Shown in pieces: positions 18,346-27,394 of a DNA stretch of 64,000 bases (position 1 is the stretch's first letter; each line of letters begins with the position of its first letter). The translations under genes and the position numbers were made by a program. This stretch comes from Acidobacteriota bacterium (GTDB taxonomy: Bacteria; Acidobacteriota; Terriglobia; Terriglobales; Acidobacteriaceae): assembly GCA_003010405.1 (NCBI GenBank), contig PJLO01000002.1, forward strand, positions 121,882 to 185,881, given 5' to 3'. The notes beneath the pieces are model-generated. The model had not been told where the DNA came from. It saw only the letters and a program-made list of their open reading frames with translations, and did no database searches.

Positions 18346-19907
18346 AGATCGTCGTAGCGGAAAAAATTGCCGCCTCCGCAATGAAGGTGCTGGAAGCGAT
18401 TCCCAGCAGCACTATAGTTACTCCCGAGCAGTATGCCGCCGACCCGGTTCTTGCCGTCTCGGACGCGGATGCGCTCATCGTGCGCTCAGCGGTACAGGCG
18501 GACGCCGCGCTTATTGACGCAGCCAAGAAGATTCGGGTCATTGGTCGCGCCGGAGTCGGCGTGGACAACATCGATGTGGAGATCGCCACGCGGCGGGGCA
18601 TCGTAGTGATGAACGCGCCGGGCGCAAGCGCTGTTTCAGTGGCCGAACTCACGCTCGGACTAATGCTTGCGATGGCTCGTCACATCTCGCGGGCTGACCA
18701 GACGACTCGCGCCGGGAAATGGGAGAAGAAGAGCCTGCAGGGAACGGAGCTGGCGGGAAAGACGCTCGGCATCATCGGACTCGGCAGGATTGGCACGGAA
18801 ACCGCGCGCCGCGCGCAGGCCTTCTCCATGAAAGTGATCGGCAGCGACCCCTATCTGTCTCCGGCTCGCGCCAAGGAACTAGGCATCGAACTGGTTTCAG
18901 TCGACGCGCTATGCGCCCAGGCTGATTACATTTCGCTGCATCTGGCGCTTACGCACCAGACTGCCGGAATGATCAATGCTGAAACGATCGCCAAGATGAA
19001 GCCTGGTGTGCGGCTGGTGAACTGCGCTCGCGGCGAGCTCATTGATGAAAACGCTGTTGAAGCTGCGCTCCGCTCCGGACAGATGGCTGCCGCCGCGCTG
19101 GATGTTTATTGCGAGGAACCGACCCGCAACACAGGCTTGCTCTCCGCGCCCAATCTGGTGGCCACGCCGCACCTTGGCGCATCCACCAAGGAAGGTCAGG
19201 AGGCCGTAGGCATTCAGATCGCTAAGCAGGTGCGCGACTATCTGCTGCAAGGAATTGCGCAGAATGCGGTGAATCTGCCGTCTCTTTCGGATGTCGAGTA
19301 CAAGCAAATTAAGCCTTACATGGCGCTGGCTTCCAAGCTGGGGCGTTTCTGCGCGCAGTTGTTTTCCTCAAACCTGTCGGAGATCGACGTGAAGTTCGAA
19401 GGGCCGATTGGAGAGTGGAAGACGCAAGTCATTCGCAGTGCAGCCGTTGCCGCGATTCTTCAGTCTGACTCGGATGAACCCACGAACATCATCAACGCTC
19501 AGGCCGCGGCAGAGGAGCGTGGCGTCGTGGTCCGCGAGAGTCACGCCGAACCCGATGCGCGAGTCAATGTGATCAACGTGAAGCTTACTGGTCCAACTGG
19601 TGAGGTCGAGTGCAGTGGCACCATCGTTCATGGCTCACCTCGTCTCATTCAGCTCAATGGGATCGACATCGAATCTCATCTGGACGGGAACTTCCTGGTT
19701 GTTGCCAATCTAGATGCTCCCGGTGTGGTTGGCTCGATCGGGACTTTGCTTGGCTCTCGAAACATCAACATCGCTCGCTTCTCGCTTGGGCGCGAAGGCA
19801 AGCAGGCTCTGGCCATCGTTCAGGTTGATAACTGCGTTCCGCCCGAGGTGCTTGGCGAATTACGGCATGCTTCCTGGGTACAGAACGTGGCCAGCGTCAA
19901 GGTATAG
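18342..19907 (+). CDS. serA: D-3-phosphoglycerate dehydrogenase (long form with ASB/ACT domains)
   Basis: GTG start overlaps the upstream stop (GTGA), with a GGAGGAGAG RBS. GIIGLGRIG NAD-binding motif, ARG..ID and HLGAST catalytic region, and a C-terminal ACT-like segment. Confidence 0.9.
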   Translation: MKIVVAEKIAASAMKVLEAIPSSTIVTPEQYAADPVLAVSDADALIVRSAVQADAALIDAAKKIRVIGRAGVGVDNIDVEIATRRGIVVMNAPGASAVSVAELTLGLMLAMARHISRADQTTRAGKWEKKSLQGTELAGKTLGIIGLGRIGTETARRAQAFSMKVIGSDPYLSPARAKELGIELVSVDALCAQADYISLHLALTHQTAGMINAETIAKMKPGVRLVNCARGELIDENAVEAALRSGQMAAAALDVYCEEPTRNTGLLSAPNLVATPHLGASTKEGQEAVGIQIAKQVRDYLLQGIAQNAVNLPSLSDVEYKQIKPYMALASKLGRFCAQLFSSNLSEIDVKFEGPIGEWKTQVIRSAAVAAILQSDSDEPTNIINAQAAAEERGVVVRESHAEPDARVNVINVKLTGPTGEVECSGTIVHGSPRLIQLNGIDIESHLDGNFLVVANLDAPGVVGSIGTLLGSRNINIARFSLGREGKQALAIVQVDNCVPPEVLGELRHASWVQNVASVKV

Positions 19908-19967
19908 CTCAGCGCAGGAATGAGGGGATATTCTGGCAGACTCATTTCTGATTTCTGCCGATCTTTT

Positions 19968-20008
19968 AAGCAAAGCTGGTCATGGGCCAGCTTTGCTTTA
20001 GAATAATT
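19968..20008 (+). terminator. Rho-independent terminator after serA
   Basis: AAGCAAAGCTGG-(7 nt)-CCAGCTTTGCTT is a 12-bp stem, followed by TAGAATAATTT. Confidence 0.5.
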
Positions 20009-20029
20009 TCGGGGTACGCGTAATTATTG

Positions 20030-21211
20030 ATGTCACAAGTCCAAGCACTTTATATCGATTCAGCGCAGAAGCTCGAAGACTTGCTGCGCAAGCTCTCCTC
20101 GCAAACCGTAATAGGTCTGGACACTGAGTTCATTTCGGAAGGTCGCTACGAGCCTGAGCTCTGTCTGGTGCAGCTCTCTACCCCCGAAGAGATTTTCATT
20201 GTCGATCCCGTTGTGTTGCCGGATCTCCGGCCAATGTGGGAGCTACTCACGTCGCCAGAGCGCGAAATTGTAACGGTTGCTGCCCGCCAGGAAATTAAGT
20301 TTTGCTTTAAAGGCGCTGGAGTTGCGCCGGCTCACGTGCTCGACCTGCAAGTCGTTGCCGGTCTGCTGGGCTATGGATATCCGCTCTCCCATACCAATCT
20401 CTGTTTGCGCATTCTCAATGCGCGCGTCAACGGCGGTGAAAGTTTCACAGACTGGCGCAAGCGCCCACTGCGCCCGGTACAGCTTGAATATGCTGCGGAC
20501 GATGTGCGCTATCTTATGCCCATGCGAGCAAAACTTCTCGCGCGTGCTGAAAAACTTGAGCGTAGCAGTTGGATTCGCGGCGAGTGCGACCGCCTTGTGA
20601 AAACAGTAATGCGTGAGGATGAGCGCTGGAGAATTTCCGGAAGTACACGGCTTAGCCGCCGTCAACTTGCTGTGCTGAGGGAAGTGTGGCGCTGGCGCGA
20701 CAAGCAGGCTCAAAGCCTGAATGCTCCCGCTGCCCGCGTGCTAGGTGACAGCATGTTGATCGAGATAGCGAGGCGTGCGCCTGCGACAGTGGAGGACCTT
20801 TTCTCGATCCGTGGTCTCGACAGCCGCTTGCTGAAAAAAGCGGAGCAGAATGTAGTGGACGCAGTCGCGCGGGCCCGTTCGATTCCGGAATCAGAACTTC
20901 CCAGTAACGAGCGTCGTGATGATCCGCCGCAGGTGAACGTGTTGACCAAGTTGCTTTCCGTTGCTGTTGGTAATCTCGCGGCGGAAACCAATGTGGACAC
21001 CGCGCTGCTGGCGACAACCAGCGATCTGCAGGACATTGTGCGCTGGTTTCTCGATAAAGAAAAAACGCCGCGTCCTGAGGTACTGGATGGCTGGCGGGGG
21101 GAGATACTCCAGGAATCGCTGATAGGTTTTCTCGAAGGAAGAACGGTTGTTCGCGTCGGCAATGTAAACCGACCGAACCCGCTCGTATTCGAGCCATTTC
21201 ACAAGGAGTAG
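20030..21211 (+). CDS. rnd: Ribonuclease D (DEDD 3'-5' exonuclease + HRDC)
   Basis: IGLDTEF exonuclease motif I, YAADDVRYL motif III, then an HRDC-like region. Start is ATG 20030 (TTG at 20027 is also possible). Confidence 0.8.
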   Translation: MSQVQALYIDSAQKLEDLLRKLSSQTVIGLDTEFISEGRYEPELCLVQLSTPEEIFIVDPVVLPDLRPMWELLTSPEREIVTVAARQEIKFCFKGAGVAPAHVLDLQVVAGLLGYGYPLSHTNLCLRILNARVNGGESFTDWRKRPLRPVQLEYAADDVRYLMPMRAKLLARAEKLERSSWIRGECDRLVKTVMREDERWRISGSTRLSRRQLAVLREVWRWRDKQAQSLNAPAARVLGDSMLIEIARRAPATVEDLFSIRGLDSRLLKKAEQNVVDAVARARSIPESELPSNERRDDPPQVNVLTKLLSVAVGNLAAETNVDTALLATTSDLQDIVRWFLDKEKTPRPEVLDGWRGEILQESLIGFLEGRTVVRVGNVNRPNPLVFEPFHKE

Positions 21212-21234
21212 CCCTCACGGAGAATGAGTCAGGG

Positions 21235-21504
21235 CTACATACTGTTCCACCCGCGCCACAACCACAGCCCTGCCATCAGCAGCACGAGCAACCCGCTGCC
21301 CATACCGAGAATGTTTACGAACGGACGCAACTGGTCCATTCTTCGCACAATGTCCTGCTGCTCCCTTTCCAGGTGTTGTTCGGCTTCATCCAGAAAGAGT
21401 TGATTGTCTTCGTGCATGGATAATGCACTGCGGTAAATCAGCACTATAACCAATGCGGTCGTCAGCACAGCCCACAGGGCAAACACTACATACATCGGTT
21501 CCAT
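21235..21504 (-). CDS. Hypothetical small two-pass membrane protein
   Basis: 89-aa ORF with two hydrophobic helices flanking an acidic/basic coiled segment. No family recognised. Confidence 0.4.
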   Translation of the reverse strand: MEPMYVVFALWAVLTTALVIVLIYRSALSMHEDNQLFLDEAEQHLEREQQDIVRRMDQLRPFVNILGMGSGLLVLLMAGLWLWRGWNSM

Positions 21505-21779
21505 ACGATCACCTTCTGTTCGCTCGGCCCTGGATGCAGGCCAGCTAAATCTGAGGCGAGCATTATAAGCATGATTTCAGTGGGCGTTCACCGAAATATT
21601 TTGTATCGATCCTCAAAGACGAGGGCAGAATCGTTGTACCAGCAATTCTGCAACTGCCGCGTCCTGCGCCACATCAAATGGGCAGGCAGATACCGAGCGG
21701 GCGGCCGTAGTCAAGTGGCATGTGACCTCATGGCTCGGTTTTTGCTATACTAAGCTTTTATCGAAGGAGAATTACACCA

Positions 21780-22139
21780 ATGTCCACGACAACAACCCCC
21801 GGTGTTAAGAGCCTCCCTCTTACCCTCACTCCTACTGCGATTGCCAAGGTGAAGGAAATAATGGCTCAGCAGAATCCTGTTCCAACCGGTCTTCGTGTAG
21901 GTGTTGTTGGCGGTGGCTGCTCTGGGTTCACGTATAGCATGCAGTTTGAAAATGAAGCGGGAGCCATGGATAAGACCTTCGAGTTCGACGGGCTGAAGGT
22001 TTTCATCGACGCGACCTCTCTCATGTACCTGGACGGTGCCACGGTTGATTACATCGAGACGCTGGAAGGCGCGGGCTTTAAGTTTGATAACCCGAATGTA
22101 AAGAGCACCTGCGGCTGCGGCTCGTCTTTCAACGCCTAA
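21780..22139 (+). CDS. erpA: Iron-sulfur cluster insertion protein (HesB/IscA/ErpA family)
   Basis: GGGCSGF motif and C-terminal CGCGSSF, the three-Cys A-type carrier signature. AGGAGA RBS. Confidence 0.9.
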   Translation: MSTTTTPGVKSLPLTLTPTAIAKVKEIMAQQNPVPTGLRVGVVGGGCSGFTYSMQFENEAGAMDKTFEFDGLKVFIDATSLMYLDGATVDYIETLEGAGFKFDNPNVKSTCGCGSSFNA

Positions 22140-22163
22140 TCGCGGTACTCGAGCGAAAAGTTC

Positions 22164-22190
22164 GAAACCCCGTTCCTGAACGGGGTTTTT
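22164..22190. terminator. Bidirectional Rho-independent terminator
   Basis: GAAACCCCGTT-CCTG-AACGGGGTTTTTC lies between convergent erpA and the pseudopilin-like gene. A-tract on one side, T-tract on the other. Confidence 0.75.
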
Positions 22191-22210
22191 CATGTTCGAA
22201 CGTACTTTCC

Positions 22211-23047
22211 TTACTGTGAAGGTGTGGTTGTAGCATTGGTACCCAAGGTCGTGGAGGTGCCAGAGGTTGTGGACTGTCCGCCGCTGAAGGAGCTTTTGCC
22301 GGAAGTGCTCTGTCCGGAATTGGTTCCGCCCATATACATGTTCGGATTATAAGGACCCGTAATTAGACGTCCCTGGGCCGTGTCCTGAACCGGAACGTAA
22401 ATGAAGAACCACTCATTGTATTTTGTCTTACGGCCGAATGAGTGAATTCCCTCAAGCTTGCTTTTGCTCACCACGCCTAGAACCGGGCCACCGCCTAACA
22501 CGGGACTGGATGCATCGGTTGCCGGACCCCCCAAGCCGCTGGCTGTGCCGCCCCCTTCCTGTGCCGGACTGCTGGTACCGCTGGTATTCTGGGTTCCGCT
22601 CGCGGTGCTGCCGCTGTCCCCGAAATTCGTCTGGAATGCGCCGCTGCCTGCAATACCCGTTCCCGTACTCGAATCTCCGCTGGTCGGAGTGACACCGGCA
22701 ATTTTTATAGTTATATCCGTGGGGTGAGCAACCTTCCACTCCCCGTCAGGAGCCATCGGATCCTTGTATTTCTTACGCAAGAAGCGGATATTGTTCGTTT
22801 TTTCCAACTGCTCTATGGAGATCGGATATCTGCCAAATTTGACGTAGTAACGCTTAACCGCGCGGGCATACTGTTCGCCGCGATGGATCATCTCTACCTC
22901 GCGGTCACGTTGGATGCTGCGCCGGTAATTCCTCGCCACGCCCAGCATCCCGATTGTCAGTACCGCTACGGCAAGCATCAGGACCAGCAGCATGTATCCG
23001 GAGTCGTTCTCTCTGTTTCTCTTGCGCCGAACTCTGGCCCCAATCAT
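22211..23047 (-). CDS. GspG/pseudopilin-like protein with degenerate prepilin leader and G/S/T-rich low-complexity regions
   Basis: Basic N-terminus then SGYMLLVLMLAVAVLTIGMLG (pilin-like helix, no Glu at +5). RDREVEMIHRGEQYARAVKRYYVKFGRYPISIEQL ... RFLRKKYKDPM resembles the GspG core. Two long G/S/T-rich tracts. Confidence 0.5.
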   Translation of the reverse strand: MIGARVRRKRNRENDSGYMLLVLMLAVAVLTIGMLGVARNYRRSIQRDREVEMIHRGEQYARAVKRYYVKFGRYPISIEQLEKTNNIRFLRKKYKDPMAPDGEWKVAHPTDITIKIAGVTPTSGDSSTGTGIAGSGAFQTNFGDSGSTASGTQNTSGTSSPAQEGGGTASGLGGPATDASSPVLGGGPVLGVVSKSKLEGIHSFGRKTKYNEWFFIYVPVQDTAQGRLITGPYNPNMYMGGTNSGQSTSGKSSFSGGQSTTSGTSTTLGTNATTTPSQ

Positions 23048-23051
23048 GAAA

Positions 23052-23612
23052 TTATCCCTGCGTCAGAGGAATGTTCTGGCGGTTATTATTCAGGAGGTCC
23101 TCCACTTCCACAGCATTTGGCGAGATGCGCACGATTTTGTAATGGCGGTTTACAACATCGCCTTCCCGTGCGATCCAGATATCCTCGCCCTGCGAGAGGA
23201 ATGCTTTCGCTTGTTCGCCCTTGGCGCTTGCTAACCCAAAATACTTCAGCGTGATCGGCGGGGGTGGCGGAGGAAGATTTCGTCTCGCCTCTTCCTGTTT
23301 GCGCAGCAGGGGCGAGATTTTCACCTTTGGAATCTCCACAGGCTCCGGAGCGGCGCTAAAAATATTCCTCCCTTTGCCGTGGTATTTCACGTCTTCAGCA
23401 TTGGCCAGCAAGTCCAGGTGCAGCCTTGGATCAATCGATTCGCTGCTCTGTGCAGTCCCTTTTACCTGAGGTTTGCCGGCCGAGGGGACACTCGCTTCGG
23501 CCGGAACCCCCTTCCGCCCTCGCATCAGCGTCCAGCTCACGGTCAGGATCGCGAGTACGACTAGCACTATGGCGATACGAACCTCGGTTTTGTTTTCTGT
23601 TCCCGCCTTCAT
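23052..23612 (-). CDS. PilP/GspC-like pilus-assembly protein (membrane-anchored, proline-rich linker)
   Basis: N-terminal TM helix, PPPPPPP linker, C-terminal LKYFGLA...AFLSQGEDIWIAREGDVVNRHYKIVRI beta-domain pattern. 4-nt overlap with the upstream PilO-like gene. Confidence 0.45.
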   Translation of the reverse strand: MKAGTENKTEVRIAIVLVVLAILTVSWTLMRGRKGVPAEASVPSAGKPQVKGTAQSSESIDPRLHLDLLANAEDVKYHGKGRNIFSAAPEPVEIPKVKISPLLRKQEEARRNLPPPPPPITLKYFGLASAKGEQAKAFLSQGEDIWIAREGDVVNRHYKIVRISPNAVEVEDLLNNNRQNIPLTQG

Positions 23613-24160
23613 GCAGCGCTCCTTAGGAAGGTGGAAAGGTGAACCGAAACTCTGAGCGTGCCATCTTTCGCTCCCTGGAAGGTAACAGCGTCGATCAGGA
23701 ACATCATTTTCTGGCGTTCGACTGCATTGATGAATCGCATATCCTGTTCGTAACTGCCATGTACCTGAATCGAGATGCCGACGCTCTCATATCCCGCCGG
23801 TATATTTTTCTCACCCGTGCGCTCGTCGTATCTAACATTGGATATACCCACGCCGGATTCCGCCGCGAGAACTGAGATCTGCTCGGACATCGTCGAATAG
23901 TGCTGTGCTAGCCGTTCTCGCTTGAGTTGCGCAATTTGCTCGCGTGCTGTTGCGAGCTTCCGATCCATGCCGATGGCAGGAGTTACTTCCGCGGTCTTCT
24001 CTATCTTTTCTGTGCGCAGTCTTTCATACTCCCGCTGCCGTGCGCCGCGCGAACGACCTGCCGGAGACAGCAGCAGTACGATAGCGGCCACGTCCAATAA
24101 CACCAGCACTGCCACAACCACAAGGAGCTGTGCTCGAACATCCCGGAGTCCGCTAATCAT
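23609..24160 (-). CDS. pilO: PilO-like pilus assembly protein
   Basis: Single N-terminal TM helix, a coiled-coil, then a C-terminal ferredoxin-like domain. Position after the PilN-like gene with a 4-nt overlap. Confidence 0.5.
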   Translation of the reverse strand: MISGLRDVRAQLLVVVAVLVLLDVAAIVLLLSPAGRSRGARQREYERLRTEKIEKTAEVTPAIGMDRKLATAREQIAQLKRERLAQHYSTMSEQISVLAAESGVGISNVRYDERTGEKNIPAGYESVGISIQVHGSYEQDMRFINAVERQKMMFLIDAVTFQGAKDGTLRVSVHLSTFLRSAA

Positions 24161-24792
24161 CGCGCCCCTTTCTTGGTTTCCGCGATTTTGCTTTCTGCTG
24201 GTTCTCTTGCCGGGGGTCTTTCCGAGGGCACGTACCGAGCTGTCACCTGGAACTTCACCGTATCCGGCGAGCCGATATCATGTACTTCGCTCTCTTCGGT
24301 GATGCGTGCATTGCGAAATGAGGTCGATTGCTCGAGGCGTTTCACCATCTCCACTGCGGCCTGTCGTGAGTTTCCCGCAACTGTCAGGTGAACTTCGACG
24401 GTATTGCTGTTGGGTTGCAGTTTCGGGGAAATCGAGACCACGTGCAATCTCGGCGGCATGATCTCTTCCAATTGCATGAACACACGTGTCCACGAGAATG
24501 ACTTGCGCGCAATTAATCCATTCAGAAATTTTGAGTTTTCCAGCACCGGGCTATTCTGTTGGAGCCGCAATACGGCATGTGCTTCGGTATTTTGCCGCTC
24601 CAGTCCTGCTATCTCGGATTTTAATACCGAAATCTTAGTGTTTACATCGCGCGATTGTAGCCAGGTCGAAACCGCGGTCCACAGAAGCGCCACCGTGACA
24701 ACCGCGAGCAGCAGCACCAGACCGCCCCAGTGCATCAGGACGCGGCGGACGTCCTGGTAAGGTTTCGTTGCCAGATTGATGTTTAATCGCAC
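24157..24792 (-). CDS. pilN: PilN-like fimbrial assembly protein
   Basis: MRLNINLATKPYQD N-terminus (the PilM-binding INLLP-like motif), then a TM helix and coiled-coil. Sits between PilM- and PilO-like genes. Confidence 0.6.
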   Translation of the reverse strand: MRLNINLATKPYQDVRRVLMHWGGLVLLLAVVTVALLWTAVSTWLQSRDVNTKISVLKSEIAGLERQNTEAHAVLRLQQNSPVLENSKFLNGLIARKSFSWTRVFMQLEEIMPPRLHVVSISPKLQPNSNTVEVHLTVAGNSRQAAVEMVKRLEQSTSFRNARITEESEVHDIGSPDTVKFQVTARYVPSERPPAREPAESKIAETKKGAR

Positions 24793-24815
24793 GGTCCTGT
24801 TCCTCTTTCTATTGC

Positions 24816-25697
24816 CTAAAGCAGCGCTCCGATTGCGCCGGCAAAATCGCTGCGCAGGTTCCCGTCCACCACTTTAGCCCCGATCAACTCTCGTACTTTC
24901 ACGCCGGTCTGTGCCTCCAGAGCGGACGCAACATCGCTCAATTTATCTACTCCGCTTACCAGTACCTGTTCCACGCTTTCGCCATAGTTGTCCTGGTAAT
25001 ACACCAGCGAAGGATAGATATCGTCAGCCATGCGCTCTGCAGTCACTGCTCCTGCTTCCACTCCCTCCAGTGTTCGGAAGAGCAGAAGTTGGCCGTGTTT
25101 CACCACGGCGACCGAGGTTGCGTCCCGCCCAACTTTCAGCACCAGGGTTGAGTGCTGCGCTTCCACGGCGCCGAGTGCTCCCAGCGTTGAAGGCAAAACG
25201 ACTCCCGGAGAGCAGCCCGCCGCGCGGAATGCCGACTCGTACTCGTCAAGCACGCTTTGCAGCACGATTGAGGCTGCCACGTGCAATCCCTGTTGAGTTG
25301 GCTGCGCATCGAAGCTCAGCGCGGCCTTTTCAATATCGAACGGCAGCGACTTGCGAAGCCGGAAGCGAACCGCGGCATCGGCTTCCTTCGGCTTTGCAGG
25401 CAGGGAATCGAAATCCAGAATGGTCACTCGTATGGCAGAATCCGGCAGCACGGCGATCACGTCCTGGCCGCGTGCGCCCACAGCCGAGATTGCCTGCTCG
25501 ATAGCTTCGTTGAGCGCTTGCGCATTCTGCACGTTTTGGGCTGTGAGCGACGGTGTCAGGACCCCGGCAGCCAGGGCGCGGGAGTGCATCGCACTGATCC
25601 TGCTCGTCTTGCCCTCCGCACGCACGGCGGCCACGCCCTGCAGTGTGACTTCACAGGCGACATGCGGCAGGCGAATTACATTCTTTCTCTCGGCCAT
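24816..25697 (-). CDS. pilM: PilM-like (actin-like ATPase fold) pilus assembly protein
   Basis: Pattern AVLPDSAIRVTILDFDSLPAKPKEADAAVRFRLRKSLPFDIEKAALSFD matches the PilM N-domain. Start overlaps the pilB stop by 1 nt (TAATG). Confidence 0.55.
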   Translation of the reverse strand: MAERKNVIRLPHVACEVTLQGVAAVRAEGKTSRISAMHSRALAAGVLTPSLTAQNVQNAQALNEAIEQAISAVGARGQDVIAVLPDSAIRVTILDFDSLPAKPKEADAAVRFRLRKSLPFDIEKAALSFDAQPTQQGLHVAASIVLQSVLDEYESAFRAAGCSPGVVLPSTLGALGAVEAQHSTLVLKVGRDATSVAVVKHGQLLLFRTLEGVEAGAVTAERMADDIYPSLVYYQDNYGESVEQVLVSGVDKLSDVASALEAQTGVKVRELIGAKVVDGNLRSDFAGAIGALL

Positions 25698-27355
25698 TAT
25701 CGGGTTGACTCGATGAATGTGACTTTGTTGATTTCCTTCAGTGTGGTAAGCCCTGCTCTGACCTTATCCAATGCCGATTCGCGTAGAAAGTGCATTCCTT
25801 CCTCGCCTGCAGCGCGCCGGATCTCCGAACTGGGCTTCCGCTCCAGGATCAGTTCGCGGATATGGTCTGTGAGATCCAATAACTCGTGAATCGCTGTTCG
25901 ACCGTGGAAACCGGTTCCCCCGCATTCAATGCACCCTGGGCCTTCATAGAACTGAACGCCGCGCCACTCCTCCGGTTTTAATCCGGCGGCTTCCAATTGA
26001 GCGTCGCTGTAATGCACTGGTTGTTTGCAGTGCTCGCAGATGAGTCGCACCAGTCGCTGAGCCAGAATACAGTTAAGCGAAGAAACAAAGTTGTACGGTT
26101 CCACACCCATGTTCAGGAAGCGTCCGATCACATCGACCACGTTGTTGGCGTGAACCGTGGTGAACACCAGGTGACCGGTCAGCGCGGAGTTGATGGCAAT
26201 CTGCGCCGTCTCCTGGTCGCGGATCTCGCCCACCATGATCTTGTCCGGGTCGTGTCGAAGAATCGAGCGCAGTCCACGGGCAAATGTCAGTCCCTTTTTC
26301 TCGTTTACCGGAATCTGAGTGATGCCTCGTAATTGGTACTCCACCGGATCTTCGATGGTGATGATCTTGTCTTCGTCTGATTTAATTTCGTTAAGAGCGG
26401 CGTACAGGGTTGTCGTCTTACCCGAACCGGTAGGCCCAGTCACCAGCACCATTCCGTACGGCTCCGCAATGTACTGCCGAAACTTTTTAATGTCATGATC
26501 GCTGAAACCCACAACATCCAGGGTCAGCTTCTGGAACTTTTCGCTCATCGATTCCTTGTCCAGCACGCGAAGAACTGCGTCTTCCCCGTGAATGCTGGGC
26601 ATGATCGAGACGCGAAAATCGATAAAGCGTCCGTTGTAGCGCACCCGGAAGCGGCCATCCTGGGGGACGCGCCGTTCTGCAATATCCAACTCGCTCATCA
26701 CTTTGATACGCGAGATGATGGTCGAGTGATGTTCCTTGGCGATGGGCTTCATCGCCTCCTGCAGAACTCCATCAATGCGGTACTTGATTACCACGCAGTC
26801 GTCACCCGTTTCCATGTGAATATCACTGGCGCGCCGCTGCAGGGCCGTAAAGATCGTCGTATCCACCAGGCGAATGATCGGGCTGATGTCGCTTTCCTGT
26901 GTCAGCTTCTCGATCGAGATGGTTTCATCGCCATTGCCATCATCATCATGGACCACATCCAGCGTGAAGGTTTCACCAGCTTCGTCTAAAACGCGCTGCG
27001 ACTGTTCGGTCTTCTTCAGAATGTCGGTAATCTGGGTGAGGGTTGAGACTCGCGGAACAACTCTGCGGTTCAGCAGCAGGCTGATCTCGTCGATCACCGT
27101 AAGTTGGCTCGGGTCGGCCAGTGCAATGGCCAGTCGTCCGTCTTTCAGTTCTTCAAGCGGAATGAAATTAAACCTGAACATGAGCTCAACCGGAACCTTG
27201 CGGAAAAGCTCATGCTGAATCTTGAACCCCTTCAGATCGACATATTCGCATCGGTAGCGGCGCGCCAGTTCATGTGCTCGCTGCTGCTCATCGTTCGCGT
27301 CTGGAATTGGCTCTATAAAAAGCTGTTGTGCCATAACCCTCGCTGCATCGTGCAT
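25697..27355 (-). CDS. pilB: Type IV pilus / T2SS assembly ATPase (GspE/PilB family)
   Basis: Walker A is GPTGSGKTTT; Asp box, Walker B and His box present. Tetracysteine motif CEHC...CIECGGTGFHGR. Confidence 0.9.
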   Translation of the reverse strand: MHDAARVMAQQLFIEPIPDANDEQQRAHELARRYRCEYVDLKGFKIQHELFRKVPVELMFRFNFIPLEELKDGRLAIALADPSQLTVIDEISLLLNRRVVPRVSTLTQITDILKKTEQSQRVLDEAGETFTLDVVHDDDGNGDETISIEKLTQESDISPIIRLVDTTIFTALQRRASDIHMETGDDCVVIKYRIDGVLQEAMKPIAKEHHSTIISRIKVMSELDIAERRVPQDGRFRVRYNGRFIDFRVSIMPSIHGEDAVLRVLDKESMSEKFQKLTLDVVGFSDHDIKKFRQYIAEPYGMVLVTGPTGSGKTTTLYAALNEIKSDEDKIITIEDPVEYQLRGITQIPVNEKKGLTFARGLRSILRHDPDKIMVGEIRDQETAQIAINSALTGHLVFTTVHANNVVDVIGRFLNMGVEPYNFVSSLNCILAQRLVRLICEHCKQPVHYSDAQLEAAGLKPEEWRGVQFYEGPGCIECGGTGFHGRTAIHELLDLTDHIRELILERKPSSEIRRAAGEEGMHFLRESALDKVRAGLTTLKEINKVTFIESTR

Positions 27356-27394
27356 GCAATTGCGTGTTTAAACTTTGTTTTTTCTCGCTCTCGC

